A stretch of 59,630 bases of DNA from a virus. Numbering within the stretch: position 1 is the first letter of the stretch; every line of letters begins with the position of its first letter. Positions 46,359-55,943 of this stretch are shown piece by piece. The position numbers and the translations under genes were made by a program. The DNA is taken from UHGV virus genome UHGV-1287413, one strand, 5' to 3'. Under the pieces are notes generated by a model. That model saw only the letters and a program-made list of their open reading frames with translations, did no database searches and was not told the origin of the DNA.

Positions 46359-47216
46359 ATGGCCGGGACTATACTATCTGTATTGATAGCGGCATACAGG
46401 GCAGGCAACAGACAGCCACGCGGGCGTGTGGTTGAGAACCTGAAGTGGCTGGCATTTCAGGCATCACAGAAGAAGGTGAAGGGGTTACCCGCTGGCGGTA
46501 CTGCCTGCCGGGTTAACAGCTACTGGACAGAGAAGGACTACCGTGACCTGCTGGCGGGCATCCATCCGGGTGTGTCGCTGGCGGAGCTGGCGCGGGTGCA
46601 GGGGCGTACAGTGGGTTCGATTGAAGCACGTCTGCAACTGCTGGGGCTGGTACACAAGGACACCATAGGCTGGCGTGCGAAGTGGACGAACTTTGTTTAT
46701 AAGACACGGCTGCGGCCTAAGCTGGCAGGCAAGGGCGGACACGCCATCGACCTGTGTGATGTGCTGCGTGGTATGGGGTGGCTGGAAGACAGCTATCGCT
46801 TCATGTTGCCGGACTGGCTGGCTAACTTACCTGTTCACGTTGGCAAACTACAGAGCGCACGTAGCACCAACAAGCATGTTCGCGAGATAGAACGACTGAT
46901 ACGTGACCCGAACAGGTCGCTGCATCAACTCCGCTTCGAGGGGTATGCGGTTATATCACGCCGCCACCGCATCGTCGCTCGTGTTGACCGTGCGGACTGG
47001 CGGGAAGTGCTGGCGCGTTACCACGCCCCGTGGTCGCCGAACGGTGAGGGGATGCGATGGGCGATGACACCGGGGATGGCTGACTTCTATCGCCGTAGTC
47101 ATCTGTGTAAGGACAGGATGGTGATTGCTGAGAACCGTTGGGAGGCTGCGCTACGCATCTTACCGAACAGTGGTTCACCAGAAGCACCACAAGAATACCA
47201 GGACTTTAAGTTATGA
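46359..47216 (+). CDS. 285-aa protein with a helix-turn-helix-like segment (SLAELARVQGRTVGSIEARL); candidate regulator
   Basis: ORF. Confidence 0.45.
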   Translation: MAGTILSVLIAAYRAGNRQPRGRVVENLKWLAFQASQKKVKGLPAGGTACRVNSYWTEKDYRDLLAGIHPGVSLAELARVQGRTVGSIEARLQLLGLVHKDTIGWRAKWTNFVYKTRLRPKLAGKGGHAIDLCDVLRGMGWLEDSYRFMLPDWLANLPVHVGKLQSARSTNKHVREIERLIRDPNRSLHQLRFEGYAVISRRHRIVARVDRADWREVLARYHAPWSPNGEGMRWAMTPGMADFYRRSHLCKDRMVIAENRWEAALRILPNSGSPEAPQEYQDFKL

Positions 47217-47890
47217 CAATGAACGTGCGCCGTGCCAGGCAGATCATCAAACAGCGTCACCACACAGCAACACTGGTGCTGAAGGTTCTGGAAGCAGGAC
47301 CAACGGATGACCGCTCGCTGTTTGAAGTGCTGCGTAAGCGCGGCTGGAAAGAAGGGCAGGGGATGATGCGGGAGATCGTTACCGCGCTGACCGTGGCCGG
47401 GAAGGTCGCAACACGCAAAGGCGTGCATCGCCTGATAACGGAAGACGAGCCAGTGCCGCAACGTCCGGTACGCCACACACTGGCGGAGGAAATGCAACGG
47501 GCACAGCGTGCTCACGAGCTGCGTACCATCGGCAAGCGGGCGGCACTGGAGTTGCCACTCGAAGCGCTGGTGGCCGCGAACAACATCATGAACGAGCCTG
47601 CGCCAGAGATGAAGGTGTGGGTAGACGAATGCACTGAAGACCAGAAGGAGAACGACATGGATTTATCTAAGCTGACGCCGGACCAGATGCTTGAGATGGC
47701 AGCACAGATGCAGAAGATGGCCGAGGCGAAGAAGCGTGAGCTGGACCCGGAGCTGCTGCGCCAGCTGCTTGAGTCTGGACAGTCTGTACTCGACGCGGCT
47801 GACCTGCTGGCTGAGACAACGGAGCGTTTCCGCCGTGCGATGAACGCGGTGCGCGAAGCGCGTGGCTTACCTACCGCGAAGAAGGCATGA
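47213..47890 (+). CDS. 225-aa protein, hypothetical
   Basis: ORF; ATGA overlap. Confidence 0.45.
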   Translation: MTMNVRRARQIIKQRHHTATLVLKVLEAGPTDDRSLFEVLRKRGWKEGQGMMREIVTALTVAGKVATRKGVHRLITEDEPVPQRPVRHTLAEEMQRAQRAHELRTIGKRAALELPLEALVAANNIMNEPAPEMKVWVDECTEDQKENDMDLSKLTPDQMLEMAAQMQKMAEAKKRELDPELLRQLLESGQSVLDAADLLAETTERFRRAMNAVREARGLPTAKKA

Positions 47891-47891
47891 C

Positions 47892-48122
47892 ATGAACAAG
47901 GCCAGGCGTAAAGCTATTCAGGATGTTATCGCTAAGCTGGAGACACTGCGTGACGAGGTGGAGTCATTGCTCAATGAGGAGCAGGACTACTACGACAACA
48001 TGCCTGAGTCATTCCAGAACGGTGACAAAGGGTCGGCTGCTAGTGATGCGATCTCTTATATGGAGAGCGCCAGCGGCTACATCGACAACGCGATTGAAGA
48101 ACTAGGGTGTGCAACAGAATGA
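47892..48122 (+). CDS. 76-aa acidic coiled-coil protein
   Basis: The track starts at 47862; the ATG at 47892 follows the upstream stop. Confidence 0.4.
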   Translation: MNKARRKAIQDVIAKLETLRDEVESLLNEEQDYYDNMPESFQNGDKGSAASDAISYMESASGYIDNAIEELGCATE

Positions 48123-48511
48123 TTGTAATGGACAAAGAAGCACCCCGCTTTGACGGGTATTATGTGCGCGTCGAGCTTGCGGCCAACCGTCGCGAGCTGC
48201 TGGTCGGCGTCGCACAGGGTGGTAAGCCAGCGATGCTTAGTCGTTACGCGGTGTGGAACGTACCCACTGAGCTGGTAAACACAGCGCATGAGCTGGCGAC
48301 TGTGGTCGAGACGTTCTCGAATGAACAACGTGTGCATAACCTGTGCGATATGAGCAACGGGTTGATGATGCGTTACAAACTGCAACCGGGAGAAGAAGTA
48401 TATGGAGAAGGGTCTGCCCCTGCGCGAAGCCGTACAGGCAGTGCTAAACAAGCGCGGCGAGTCCAAGTACGGGCTGGCGAAAAAGATGGGCGTTCACCCG
48501 CAGGGGTTTGA
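48119..48511 (+). CDS. hypothetical protein; C-terminal 35 aa overlap the HTH gene in another frame and look low-complexity
   Basis: ATGA overlap with the upstream gene; overlaps 48402-48620 by 110 nt, which suggests either an early true stop or a frameshift or sequencing issue. Confidence 0.35.
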   Translation: MIVMDKEAPRFDGYYVRVELAANRRELLVGVAQGGKPAMLSRYAVWNVPTELVNTAHELATVVETFSNEQRVHNLCDMSNGLMMRYKLQPGEEVYGEGSAPARSRTGSAKQARRVQVRAGEKDGRSPAGV

Positions 48512-48620
48512 CACCACACTGAAGCGTGACGTTCGCCTGTCCACGTTCTTTAAGCTGGCTGAAGCACTGGACATGACACCGGGCGAGCTGGCGACTGAAG
48601 TAGAGAAGCTGCGGTCATAA
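48402..48620 (+). CDS. XRE-family helix-turn-helix DNA-binding protein (Cro/CI-like)
   Basis: YGLAKKMGVHPQGFDTTLKRDVRLSTFFKLAEALDMTPGEL; followed by the hairpin atggggg-ttgcgg-cccccat. Confidence 0.65.
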   Translation: MEKGLPLREAVQAVLNKRGESKYGLAKKMGVHPQGFDTTLKRDVRLSTFFKLAEALDMTPGELATEVEKLRS

Positions 48621-48673
48621 CATTATGGGGGTTGCGGCCCCCATAAGATTATGGGCACAGACACAAAGGGCAA

Positions 48674-48922
48674 TTGATTATGGTAAACACAGAGTGTATA
48701 GTTTACGAACACGGTAAGGGCATACCGGAACGAGTTCACCAGAAGGCACGCGAGGTTCTGCGTGCAGTAGTGACAGGTGAATGCCGCCCTAAGCGGCACG
48801 GTTCTGGTCGTGGCGAGTCACTTAATGTTGGACCACGCTATCGCCTGTACCGCCGTACCGGGTGTGAGGTGTTCACGCTGTACTCACACGAAACCTACAA
48901 CAAGGAATACAGGAAACACTGA
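48674..48922 (+). CDS. 82-aa basic protein, hypothetical
   Basis: ORF. Confidence 0.4.
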   Translation: MIMVNTECIVYEHGKGIPERVHQKAREVLRAVVTGECRPKRHGSGRGESLNVGPRYRLYRRTGCEVFTLYSHETYNKEYRKH

Positions 48923-49287
48923 TGGCTGAGAAGAAACCTTCCGTACCCGTCGCCTATATGTGGGCGTCAGGCCACGTAGCAATCGCTACAAAGGGCGACC
49001 TGCCACCAGCTGCACTACCACTCATGGCTGGCGAACTTGATAAGCTGACGATGATTCTGGAGGGCAACGCCGAGCCGTTGACCACGCCGGATGGTTCACC
49101 TGCCTGGAGTGTTGAGACTGTCATGGCTGCTACCGTTCCTGCGGAGCGTTACGTGGCGGCGATGCTGTGGCTGGCTAAGGTTGCCCGACTCTACAGCGAC
49201 ACGAAGGTTGTGTTCTACGTGAACAAGGCAACCAACCGTGACGTGCGTCGTGCTACTGCACAGGTTATTAACAAGACACTGAACTGA
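48922..49287 (+). CDS. 121-aa protein, hypothetical
   Basis: ORF; ATGA overlap. Confidence 0.45.
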   Translation: MAEKKPSVPVAYMWASGHVAIATKGDLPPAALPLMAGELDKLTMILEGNAEPLTTPDGSPAWSVETVMAATVPAERYVAAMLWLAKVARLYSDTKVVFYVNKATNRDVRRATAQVINKTLN

Positions 49288-49297
49288 GGACACCACG

Positions 49298-49675
49298 ATG
49301 GAACAACGCATAGCCGAGCTTGAGAAGAAGGTTACCCAGCTGACGGATACCTTTGTTAAGTTCATGAACATCCCGTACAAGAATCAGAAGGAAGTCATCG
49401 CACGACTGATGCCCCTGCTGGATATGTACGAGAAGAAAGAAGGGCCGTTCGTCGAGAAGAAAAAGCACACGCGCCGTCCGCTGAACAAGGCAGACTGGTC
49501 CCGCGTGCAGGCTTGCCTGAACGACGAAGGCGGCGCGGCCAGCTGGTCGGAGGTGGCGAAGGCATCTGGTGTGCCTGCATCCACCGCACGTAAGTATGCG
49601 AAGATGACACCGGATGAGGTAGCGGCGCTGCCTGAAGGTATCAACTACGAAGTCGAAGAAGACGGAGAAGAATGA
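49298..49675 (+). CDS. 125-aa protein, coiled-coil N-terminus, acidic C-terminus
   Basis: ORF. Confidence 0.45.
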   Translation: MEQRIAELEKKVTQLTDTFVKFMNIPYKNQKEVIARLMPLLDMYEKKEGPFVEKKKHTRRPLNKADWSRVQACLNDEGGAASWSEVAKASGVPASTARKYAKMTPDEVAALPEGINYEVEEDGEE

Positions 49676-49827
49676 TGGACGAGCATAATATTGCTGGCGA
49701 GTGCCCAGCATGTGGGTTTGAGACTCCTGAGTATATCAGCGAGTGCCCGCACTGCGGCGGACCTAAATGCTCCGCATGTGATATGGGCGATGATACTTCA
49801 TGTGTAGCATGTGAGGGCGAAGAATAA
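49675..49827 (+). CDS. zinc-ribbon mini-protein, 50 aa, with four CxxC motifs (CPAC, CPHC, CSAC, CVAC); not in the ORF track
   Basis: MDEHNIAGECPACGFETPEYISECPHCGGPKCSACDMGDDTSCVACEGEE; overlaps its neighbours by 1 nt on each side. Confidence 0.45.
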   Translation: MDEHNIAGECPACGFETPEYISECPHCGGPKCSACDMGDDTSCVACEGEE

Positions 49828-50771
49828 TGGCGAAGCTGGGAACCAAATACGACAAGGGCGACAAGCAGGGCATGACCGCAGCGAAGGCGTTCTCCGCGCC
49901 ACCGGAGAACATCAAGATTGTGACCGGGCATAACTATCGCAAGGTAGACCCGGAGCGCGTCGAGATGTTCAAGCAGATGTACCTGGATGGCAAAGATGTA
50001 CCGCCTGTGCTGGTGGCGCTGGGTGACAACGACGAGCTGGAGCTGGTCGATGGTGAGCACCGTGTGCGTGCTGCCGTGCTGGCGGGCATGAAGAAGATTC
50101 CGATGACGGAATTTTCTGGTTCGGAGAAGGAACGCCTGTTCGCTGCATGGCGTTTCAACCAGGGCAGCAAGGGCACCGCAGTAGAGAACGCCCGCGCCTT
50201 CCTGCGTATGCGGGAGAATGGCTACAGCAATGCGGAGATCGCCCGCGAGACTGGCGCATCCGAGGGCACCGTAGCCAACCACCTGCTGCTGGCTATGTCC
50301 GGCGAGGAAGTCATGGCGATGATTGAGGCGGGTGATGTTGCCGCCACTCCGGTTATCAACATGGCGCGTAGCCTGGGACCGGACAAGGTGCTGGCCGCAC
50401 TGAAGGAAGCGAAGCAGGTTAACGCTGCGGCGGCACCAGCAGCAACTGGTAAGAGCAAGAAGCCTGCTGAGAAGCAGGAGGGACAGAAGTTCAAGACACG
50501 TAAGGAGCGCATCACAGAGAAGCGCCTGAAGCGTGTACAGGCAGAGGTAGAGGACGAGGCAGAAGAACGCCGCGCCCGTGTCTACCTGAAGGCACTGATG
50601 GCTCACCTGCCGAACGTCGAGCTGGTGGACCAGGGTAGTAACGCAAACGTCGAGACGGCTGCGGCGGACCAGAGCCTGACGCTCCGTTGTCCTGCTGGCA
50701 CCTGGCGCGAGTTGCGTGGGATGCAGGAGATCATCCTGGACTTTCTTAGCAAACATGAGGCAAGCAAATGA
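49827..50771 (+). CDS. ParB-like nuclease-domain protein
   Basis: LVDGEHRVRAAVLAG (the ParB GxxRxxA motif); HTH-like YSNAEIARETGASEGTV. Confidence 0.65.
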   Translation: MAKLGTKYDKGDKQGMTAAKAFSAPPENIKIVTGHNYRKVDPERVEMFKQMYLDGKDVPPVLVALGDNDELELVDGEHRVRAAVLAGMKKIPMTEFSGSEKERLFAAWRFNQGSKGTAVENARAFLRMRENGYSNAEIARETGASEGTVANHLLLAMSGEEVMAMIEAGDVAATPVINMARSLGPDKVLAALKEAKQVNAAAAPAATGKSKKPAEKQEGQKFKTRKERITEKRLKRVQAEVEDEAEERRARVYLKALMAHLPNVELVDQGSNANVETAAADQSLTLRCPAGTWRELRGMQEIILDFLSKHEASK

Positions 50772-51046
50772 TGGAATGTAACGACATGAAAGTGGGTAAC
50801 GTAGCGCAGCAGCTTGACCGTCTGCGCAAATCAGTCAACAGCCTGAGCAGTGTATCCAGTGCGCTGGTGCAGAAGATCAACCCGGTACTGCTTGAGCCGC
50901 TTCCTGAGCCAGTGGGTTGTGCAGAAGCACCGAAGGCTCCGTACCAGCCACTGTCTCCACTGTATGAAGAACTCCGTGTGCTGGAGCGCGAAGTGGAGAG
51001 TGTCATCGCTAACCTGGACGCGGTTATTCGCCGCGTTGACCTGTGA
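50768..51046 (+). CDS. 92-aa protein, hypothetical
   Basis: ORF. Confidence 0.4.
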   Translation: MMECNDMKVGNVAQQLDRLRKSVNSLSSVSSALVQKINPVLLEPLPEPVGCAEAPKAPYQPLSPLYEELRVLEREVESVIANLDAVIRRVDL

Positions 51047-51053
51047 GGTAACC

Positions 51054-52082
51054 ATGCGCGAGAGTGCATTAATGAACCTGCTTAACCTGGAGGGGGAGCT
51101 GACTGGCTCCCGTCTGGTTAGCTACGCCAATGATGGCGAGTCGCAAGCACGTCAGCATGTTGTCATCTACCATGCGTTCTGTGCTGACGGCTTCGGTGCT
51201 GCGTGGGCTATCCACCAGGCCGCGCTGGCCGCGCACTTCGGCAATGCAGATATCCTGTACGTGCCTGTGACTTATGGTGACCGGGAGTCAGTGGTAGAGA
51301 AGCTGGTGACCGGGCTGGACACCTTCCATGTGGATATCCACATCGTGGACTTCAGTCTGCCCTACGAGCTGTTCAACAGGCTGACCAATGTGATGCGTTG
51401 CGTAACATACCTGGACCACCACAAGGGCGCTGAGAGCGAACTGGACGCAGCACGCCAGGCGTGCATCGGCCAGGGTATCCCTGAGCATATCGTGTTCGAT
51501 AACGACTACAGCGGCTGCGTGCTGGCGTGGAAACACTATCACAACGGCACAGTGCCGCCCGCGTTCCTGATTCGTATCGAAGACCGTGACCTGTGGCGCT
51601 TCCAGTTCCCCGACACGAAGGCTGTGGCGGCGGCAGTGTACAGCTACGACATGGACTTCGGTGTGTGGGACCAGTTCGATACGGGCGACGATGACTGCGT
51701 GGACCTGGAGACGGAAGGCATGGCTATCCTGCGTGCGCACAACAGGAACGTTGACGCGCTGACCCAGGACAACAACGTGTCGTTCTATTCCTTCAACGGC
51801 ATCCGCATCGCCGTGGTGAACTGTGCGTGGTTCATGGTGAGCGACGTGTGCCACCAGCTGCTGGAGAAGCACCCGGATATTGACGCGGCGGCGGGGTATC
51901 ACACTCCGCAGTATGGCCGCGTGAAGTGGTCGTTCCGGGCACGCAAAGGTGGCGTTGACCTGCCTACTCTGCTGAAGCAGTATGGCGGTGGCGGGCACCA
52001 GGCAGCGTCTGGTGTGGAGTTTAGCGACCTCCTGTCAGATGAAGCACAAGCATTCTACGGCGCGATGCGCCACGAGCAGTAA
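51054..52082 (+). CDS. DHH-family phosphoesterase (NrnA or RecJ-like)
   Basis: HAFCADGFGAAW, DHH motif YLDHHKG, and C-terminal GGGGHQAASG (the DHHA1 GGGH motif). Confidence 0.7.
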   Translation: MRESALMNLLNLEGELTGSRLVSYANDGESQARQHVVIYHAFCADGFGAAWAIHQAALAAHFGNADILYVPVTYGDRESVVEKLVTGLDTFHVDIHIVDFSLPYELFNRLTNVMRCVTYLDHHKGAESELDAARQACIGQGIPEHIVFDNDYSGCVLAWKHYHNGTVPPAFLIRIEDRDLWRFQFPDTKAVAAAVYSYDMDFGVWDQFDTGDDDCVDLETEGMAILRAHNRNVDALTQDNNVSFYSFNGIRIAVVNCAWFMVSDVCHQLLEKHPDIDAAAGYHTPQYGRVKWSFRARKGGVDLPTLLKQYGGGGHQAASGVEFSDLLSDEAQAFYGAMRHEQ

Positions 52083-52088
52083 TAATCA

Positions 52089-52114
52089 GGGCAGGCTTCG
52101 GCCTGCCTTTCTTT
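52089..52114 (+). terminator. rho-independent terminator between the DHH gene and the polymerase gene
   Basis: ggcaggc-ttcg-gcctgcc followed by tttcttt. Confidence 0.65.
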
Positions 52115-52124
52115 CGAGGGCAAC

Positions 52125-54383
52125 ATGAACCAACCAAAGTTACCGGACAACCTGATTAGCCTGGGGATACACCGGGTAGTCGCACTCGACTTTGAAACCT
52201 ACTACAACACCGCAGACAAATACAGCCTGGCCAGCAAGGACATGACGACTGAGAAGTACGTGCGTGACCCACGCTACCAGACGATATGTGTGACGGCCAC
52301 AGTGGATGGCGTGAATGTCTATGAGGCATGGGGCCACGAGGCGAGCCGCCAGCTGCTGATAGACCTGGGCGTTGAACAGCCTGGCGTCCTGACCGTGGCG
52401 CACAACGCACGCTTCGACGGCTGCGTGGGCGAGATGACGATGGGCATACGCTTCAACATGCTGGTCTGCACCATGCACATGATGCGCATCACTGGCCTGT
52501 CTCGCATCATAAGCGAGAGCCTGCGTTCCCTGGCTGACTTCCTGCGCAGCAAGGGCTACCCGATACCAGCGAAGGGGCACGAGGTAGAGAACGCGAACGG
52601 CCTGCGCCTGGAGGATATGACCGAGGCGTTTAAGGTACGGTACATGGGCTACTGCCGCATCGACACCATAATATTATACGCGGCGGCAATGATACTCCTG
52701 CCTGAGTGTCCGGTTGACACACTGCGTGCCAGCAACATGACGCTCCAGATGTACACGCGTCCGGCCATACGCCTGAACAGTCAGATGCTGAAGGACTACC
52801 ACGCCGCGCTGATGAAGCGACGCCAGGAGACGCTGGCAAGCATGGCTCGCGAGCATGGCTGCGATGGTGTCCCGGCGTTCATGAAGCTGCTGCGTTCGAA
52901 GGCCAAGTTCGCGGAGCTGCTGCGTTCCGTTGGCGTCGAGCCGCCGATGAAAGAATCATTGAAGGCCACGGAGAAGAAGCGTGCGAACCTGAACGACCCG
53001 GCCTGGGTAGCGAAGACGAAGACACCGAAGTTCCTGGCACAGCTGGAGAAGGAAGGCAAGACCTGGGACCAGTGGGCGGCAGAACCGGTTATGGATTACG
53101 CCTTCGCTGTGAAGGACACCGCGTTTGCCGAGCTGGCTACCCATTGGGACGAGCGCGTGCAGGCGCTGGTGACCGCCCGCATGGATAACAACAGCAGTCA
53201 GGCAGAGTCACGCACGCTGCGCTTCCTGGACTGCGCTGAACGTGGCCTGTTCGTGTTCGCGCTTCAGTATGCGAACGCCCGTACCCACCGCTACGGCGCT
53301 GACGATGGACTGAACCAGCAGAACCTGCCGAAGCACAAGGGTGACAAGACCCTGCGCTACTCGATGGAAGCGCCGGAAGGCTATGAGATTGGGGGCGCTG
53401 ACTCCAGCCAGATTGAAGCACGTTGCCTGGCCTATGCTGCACAGGAAACATCACTGCTGAACATCTTCGCCACAGGCGGTGACCCGTACTCCCACATGGG
53501 GGAGATCATCTACGGCGAACCCGCAGACGAGATTCGTAAGTGGGCTAAGATGGACTCTCATGGGCTGGAGGGCGACGCCAAGAAACGCCAGGCTGACCTG
53601 TTCTTCATGCGCTTCATGGGTAAGAAGACCATCCTGGGGAGTGGCTATCAGATGAGCGGAAACAAGTTCGCCCTGACGCTGCGCCAGGAAGGCATCACAC
53701 TGAAGCCATCACGCGAGCAGGTGATGGAGTGGCTGAAGCTACAGCCGTCACATGTCATCGCCAACAAGCGTGTGCTGGAGCTGGAATACAACCAGTACCT
53801 CCAGGACTTCCACCTCAAAGAGTCGAAGCGTATTAACTGGGTATACCGACAGACCCACCAGCGCATCAAAGGCTTTTGGGATATGTGCGAGTGGGTGCTG
53901 GGCAAGATGTGCCAGGGCGAGCAGGGTTACTTCGGTGGCCCGGATGGTTGCCTGTTCTACTTCGATGGCAAGCACGAAATCTTTGGCGAGCCAGCGCCAG
54001 GTATCCAGCTGCCGAACGGCGAGTGGCTGGTCTACCCGTACCTGGAGTCATACAAAGAGGACGACACTGGCTATGTGAAGTTCCGGTTCCGCGAGCACAA
54101 AGGCAAGAACGGGATGACGAAGCATATCTACGGCGGCTCACTGACAGAGAACTTGATCCAGGCGCTGGCGTTTACCATCCTTACCTGGCAGGCGGTGCGT
54201 ATCCACGAGGTCATCCCGGTCAAAGGAAACGTACACGATGAATGGTTTAGCGTGTTCCGCAAGGAGCTGCGTGACAAAGTGAGAGCTGTCTATGAGCTGG
54301 CAATGAAGACAGTGCCGCCGTTCGTACCTGGTCTGCCACTGGACTGTGAGTTCTCCAGCGGGCCATCGTATGGTGACATGTAG
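52125..54383 (+). CDS. family A DNA polymerase (T7 or Pol I-like) with an N-terminal 3'-5' exonuclease domain
   Basis: Exo I motif VALDFETYY; polymerase motif GGADSSQIEARCLAYAA (the DYSQIELR motif); KK...YG motif B region. Confidence 0.9.
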   Translation: MNQPKLPDNLISLGIHRVVALDFETYYNTADKYSLASKDMTTEKYVRDPRYQTICVTATVDGVNVYEAWGHEASRQLLIDLGVEQPGVLTVAHNARFDGCVGEMTMGIRFNMLVCTMHMMRITGLSRIISESLRSLADFLRSKGYPIPAKGHEVENANGLRLEDMTEAFKVRYMGYCRIDTIILYAAAMILLPECPVDTLRASNMTLQMYTRPAIRLNSQMLKDYHAALMKRRQETLASMAREHGCDGVPAFMKLLRSKAKFAELLRSVGVEPPMKESLKATEKKRANLNDPAWVAKTKTPKFLAQLEKEGKTWDQWAAEPVMDYAFAVKDTAFAELATHWDERVQALVTARMDNNSSQAESRTLRFLDCAERGLFVFALQYANARTHRYGADDGLNQQNLPKHKGDKTLRYSMEAPEGYEIGGADSSQIEARCLAYAAQETSLLNIFATGGDPYSHMGEIIYGEPADEIRKWAKMDSHGLEGDAKKRQADLFFMRFMGKKTILGSGYQMSGNKFALTLRQEGITLKPSREQVMEWLKLQPSHVIANKRVLELEYNQYLQDFHLKESKRINWVYRQTHQRIKGFWDMCEWVLGKMCQGEQGYFGGPDGCLFYFDGKHEIFGEPAPGIQLPNGEWLVYPYLESYKEDDTGYVKFRFREHKGKNGMTKHIYGGSLTENLIQALAFTILTWQAVRIHEVIPVKGNVHDEWFSVFRKELRDKVRAVYELAMKTVPPFVPGLPLDCEFSSGPSYGDM

Positions 54384-54428
54384 TCATTGTGTGTTAACAT
54401 AGCCAGACAATTCACTGGAGGGACGATT

Positions 54429-55118
54429 ATGGCTACACCATTACCAATAACGCCATCGTTATTGAACGTATTCCTGACGTGTCCGCGTCAGTACCAGGCG
54501 AAGTACATCACCAAAGAGGTGGTGTTCCAGCAGAACGAAGCGGCGTTGTTCGGTGACATGGTTCACAAGAGCGTCGAGAAGACACTGAAAGAAGGGGCGG
54601 CACTGATTCCTGCTGCGGAGTTCATGCAACCGATGGTAGACTGGTGTCGGATGATGGCTGCGCAGCCGGGCATGACGATGTATGTCGAGCACAAGATGTG
54701 TATCACCCGCAACTTCGAGCCGACCACCTGGCTGGCGAAGCCACCGAAGAAGCCGTGGCTGCGTGGTATCGCTGACGTGTTCTTTAAGGACGACGCGCAC
54801 CAGCTGAACATCAACGTGGACTGGAAGACCGGGAAGCCGAAGCATGACAAAACGCAGTCGCGTATCCTGAGCCTGTGCGCCAAGCACAACACGGGGTACA
54901 CGAAGACGTTGAATCTGTGGGTGCATGTGAAGCATGGCCAGCTGATGATGGACAGCTTCGACCTGGTTGACCTGGCTCCGGTACAGGGCTTGCTCCTGGA
55001 CGTGGCACGGTACGAGCAGGCTTGCGCGGCGGACCAGTTCCCGGCAATCCGCAACGGCCTGTGCGGTCAATGGTGCGACGTACTGAGCTGCCCACACAAC
55101 GGTAAGAACGGAGGTTAG
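54429..55118 (+). CDS. PD-(D/E)XK nuclease of the Cas4 or RecB-exonuclease type with an Fe-S cysteine cluster
   Basis: N-terminal Cys (CPRQYQAKY) plus C-terminal CGQWCDVLSCPHN; GIADVFFKDD core. Confidence 0.65.
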   Translation: MATPLPITPSLLNVFLTCPRQYQAKYITKEVVFQQNEAALFGDMVHKSVEKTLKEGAALIPAAEFMQPMVDWCRMMAAQPGMTMYVEHKMCITRNFEPTTWLAKPPKKPWLRGIADVFFKDDAHQLNINVDWKTGKPKHDKTQSRILSLCAKHNTGYTKTLNLWVHVKHGQLMMDSFDLVDLAPVQGLLLDVARYEQACAADQFPAIRNGLCGQWCDVLSCPHNGKNGG

Positions 55119-55200
55119 ATGGCCTGCGACTGCACCACCATTGATTACTGCGAAGAATGTCTGGCTGCGATGAGCGTGGCCAGAACCACGAAGGAGAAGC

Positions 55201-55527
55201 ATGATGCAATACATTCAACAGGGGGACACCTCAGTGACTGTACCACAGACGTACCTTACCAACCTGGCGTTGACGGCGCTGACGCAGCAGGTCTTGCAGG
55301 ATAAGCCGTATGCAGTAGAGCAGTCGGCCACGGATATGCTCTACGTGTTCGGCAACTGGAATGAGACACTCGGCAAACTTAACGCGATGGTCAACCCTTT
55401 CGGGTATAAGTTCGTGTTCGGCGAAGACACTATCTCTGGCGTTGACACGAGCACAGGGACTCGCACGGCGCTGTACCTGATGCTGGTAGATATTGACGAA
55501 GACAGCGCTAACGAAGCTGCTGTGTAG
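55201..55527 (+). CDS. 108-aa protein, hypothetical
   Basis: Overlaps a 61-aa Cys-rich ORF (55119-55304, MACDCTTIDYCEEC); cannot tell which is expressed. Confidence 0.4.
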   Translation: MMQYIQQGDTSVTVPQTYLTNLALTALTQQVLQDKPYAVEQSATDMLYVFGNWNETLGKLNAMVNPFGYKFVFGEDTISGVDTSTGTRTALYLMLVDIDEDSANEAAV

Positions 55528-55538
55528 GGGCAAATGAC

Positions 55539-55943
55539 ATGGCAGGGCATATGGATGAGGTGGTAAGCCTCATCGAAAAATCGCGGCGGGGTGCGGAACT
55601 CCACGGCTTTCTGTTGTCTGCTGCATTGCTACCGGAACCAATGGTGCCAATGCTGAAGATGTATATCAACACGTATCGCCCTGAGAAACAGGGCGTCACG
55701 CTGCACGATATGCAGAAGCGCTTGAGTAGCACCACCAACGCGATCATATTCGGCGTGCTGTGCATTCCAGTACCGAACCTGGCGGACATTCACCTGATAC
55801 TGAATGGCGTGATTGTACCGGGCCGGGACTTCCTTGCACAGCTCCACCAACTCAACAGCCGGGGCAGGCTGGCGAATGCTAACAGGGACGCACTGCCGCC
55901 CGGTGCTTTAACGCTGGAGCACATCGATGGCAAAAACACCTGA
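55539..55943 (+). CDS. 134-aa protein, hypothetical
   Basis: ORF. Confidence 0.45.
   Translation: MAGHMDEVVSLIEKSRRGAELHGFLLSAALLPEPMVPMLKMYINTYRPEKQGVTLHDMQKRLSSTTNAIIFGVLCIPVPNLADIHLILNGVIVPGRDFLAQLHQLNSRGRLANANRDALPPGALTLEHIDGKNT

Noticed and set aside
39360-49800. Lysogeny module (integrase, CI-type repressor plus antirepressor) or 7-deazaguanine or thymidine-hypermodification gene sets
   Set aside because: No tyrosine or serine recombinase motifs appear anywhere in the window. Only a single small XRE HTH protein is present. No QueC, QueD, QueE, FolE or DpdA-like genes, nor thymidylate-synthase-like hydroxymethylase signatures, were recognised.
55119-55304. 61-aa Cys-rich ORF (MACDCTTIDYCEEC...)
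   Set aside because: It overlaps the 108-aa ORF 55201-55527 by about 100 nt in another frame. It is not listed as a feature because it cannot be told apart from an overprinted artefact, but it is noted in case it is a real small zinc-binding protein.
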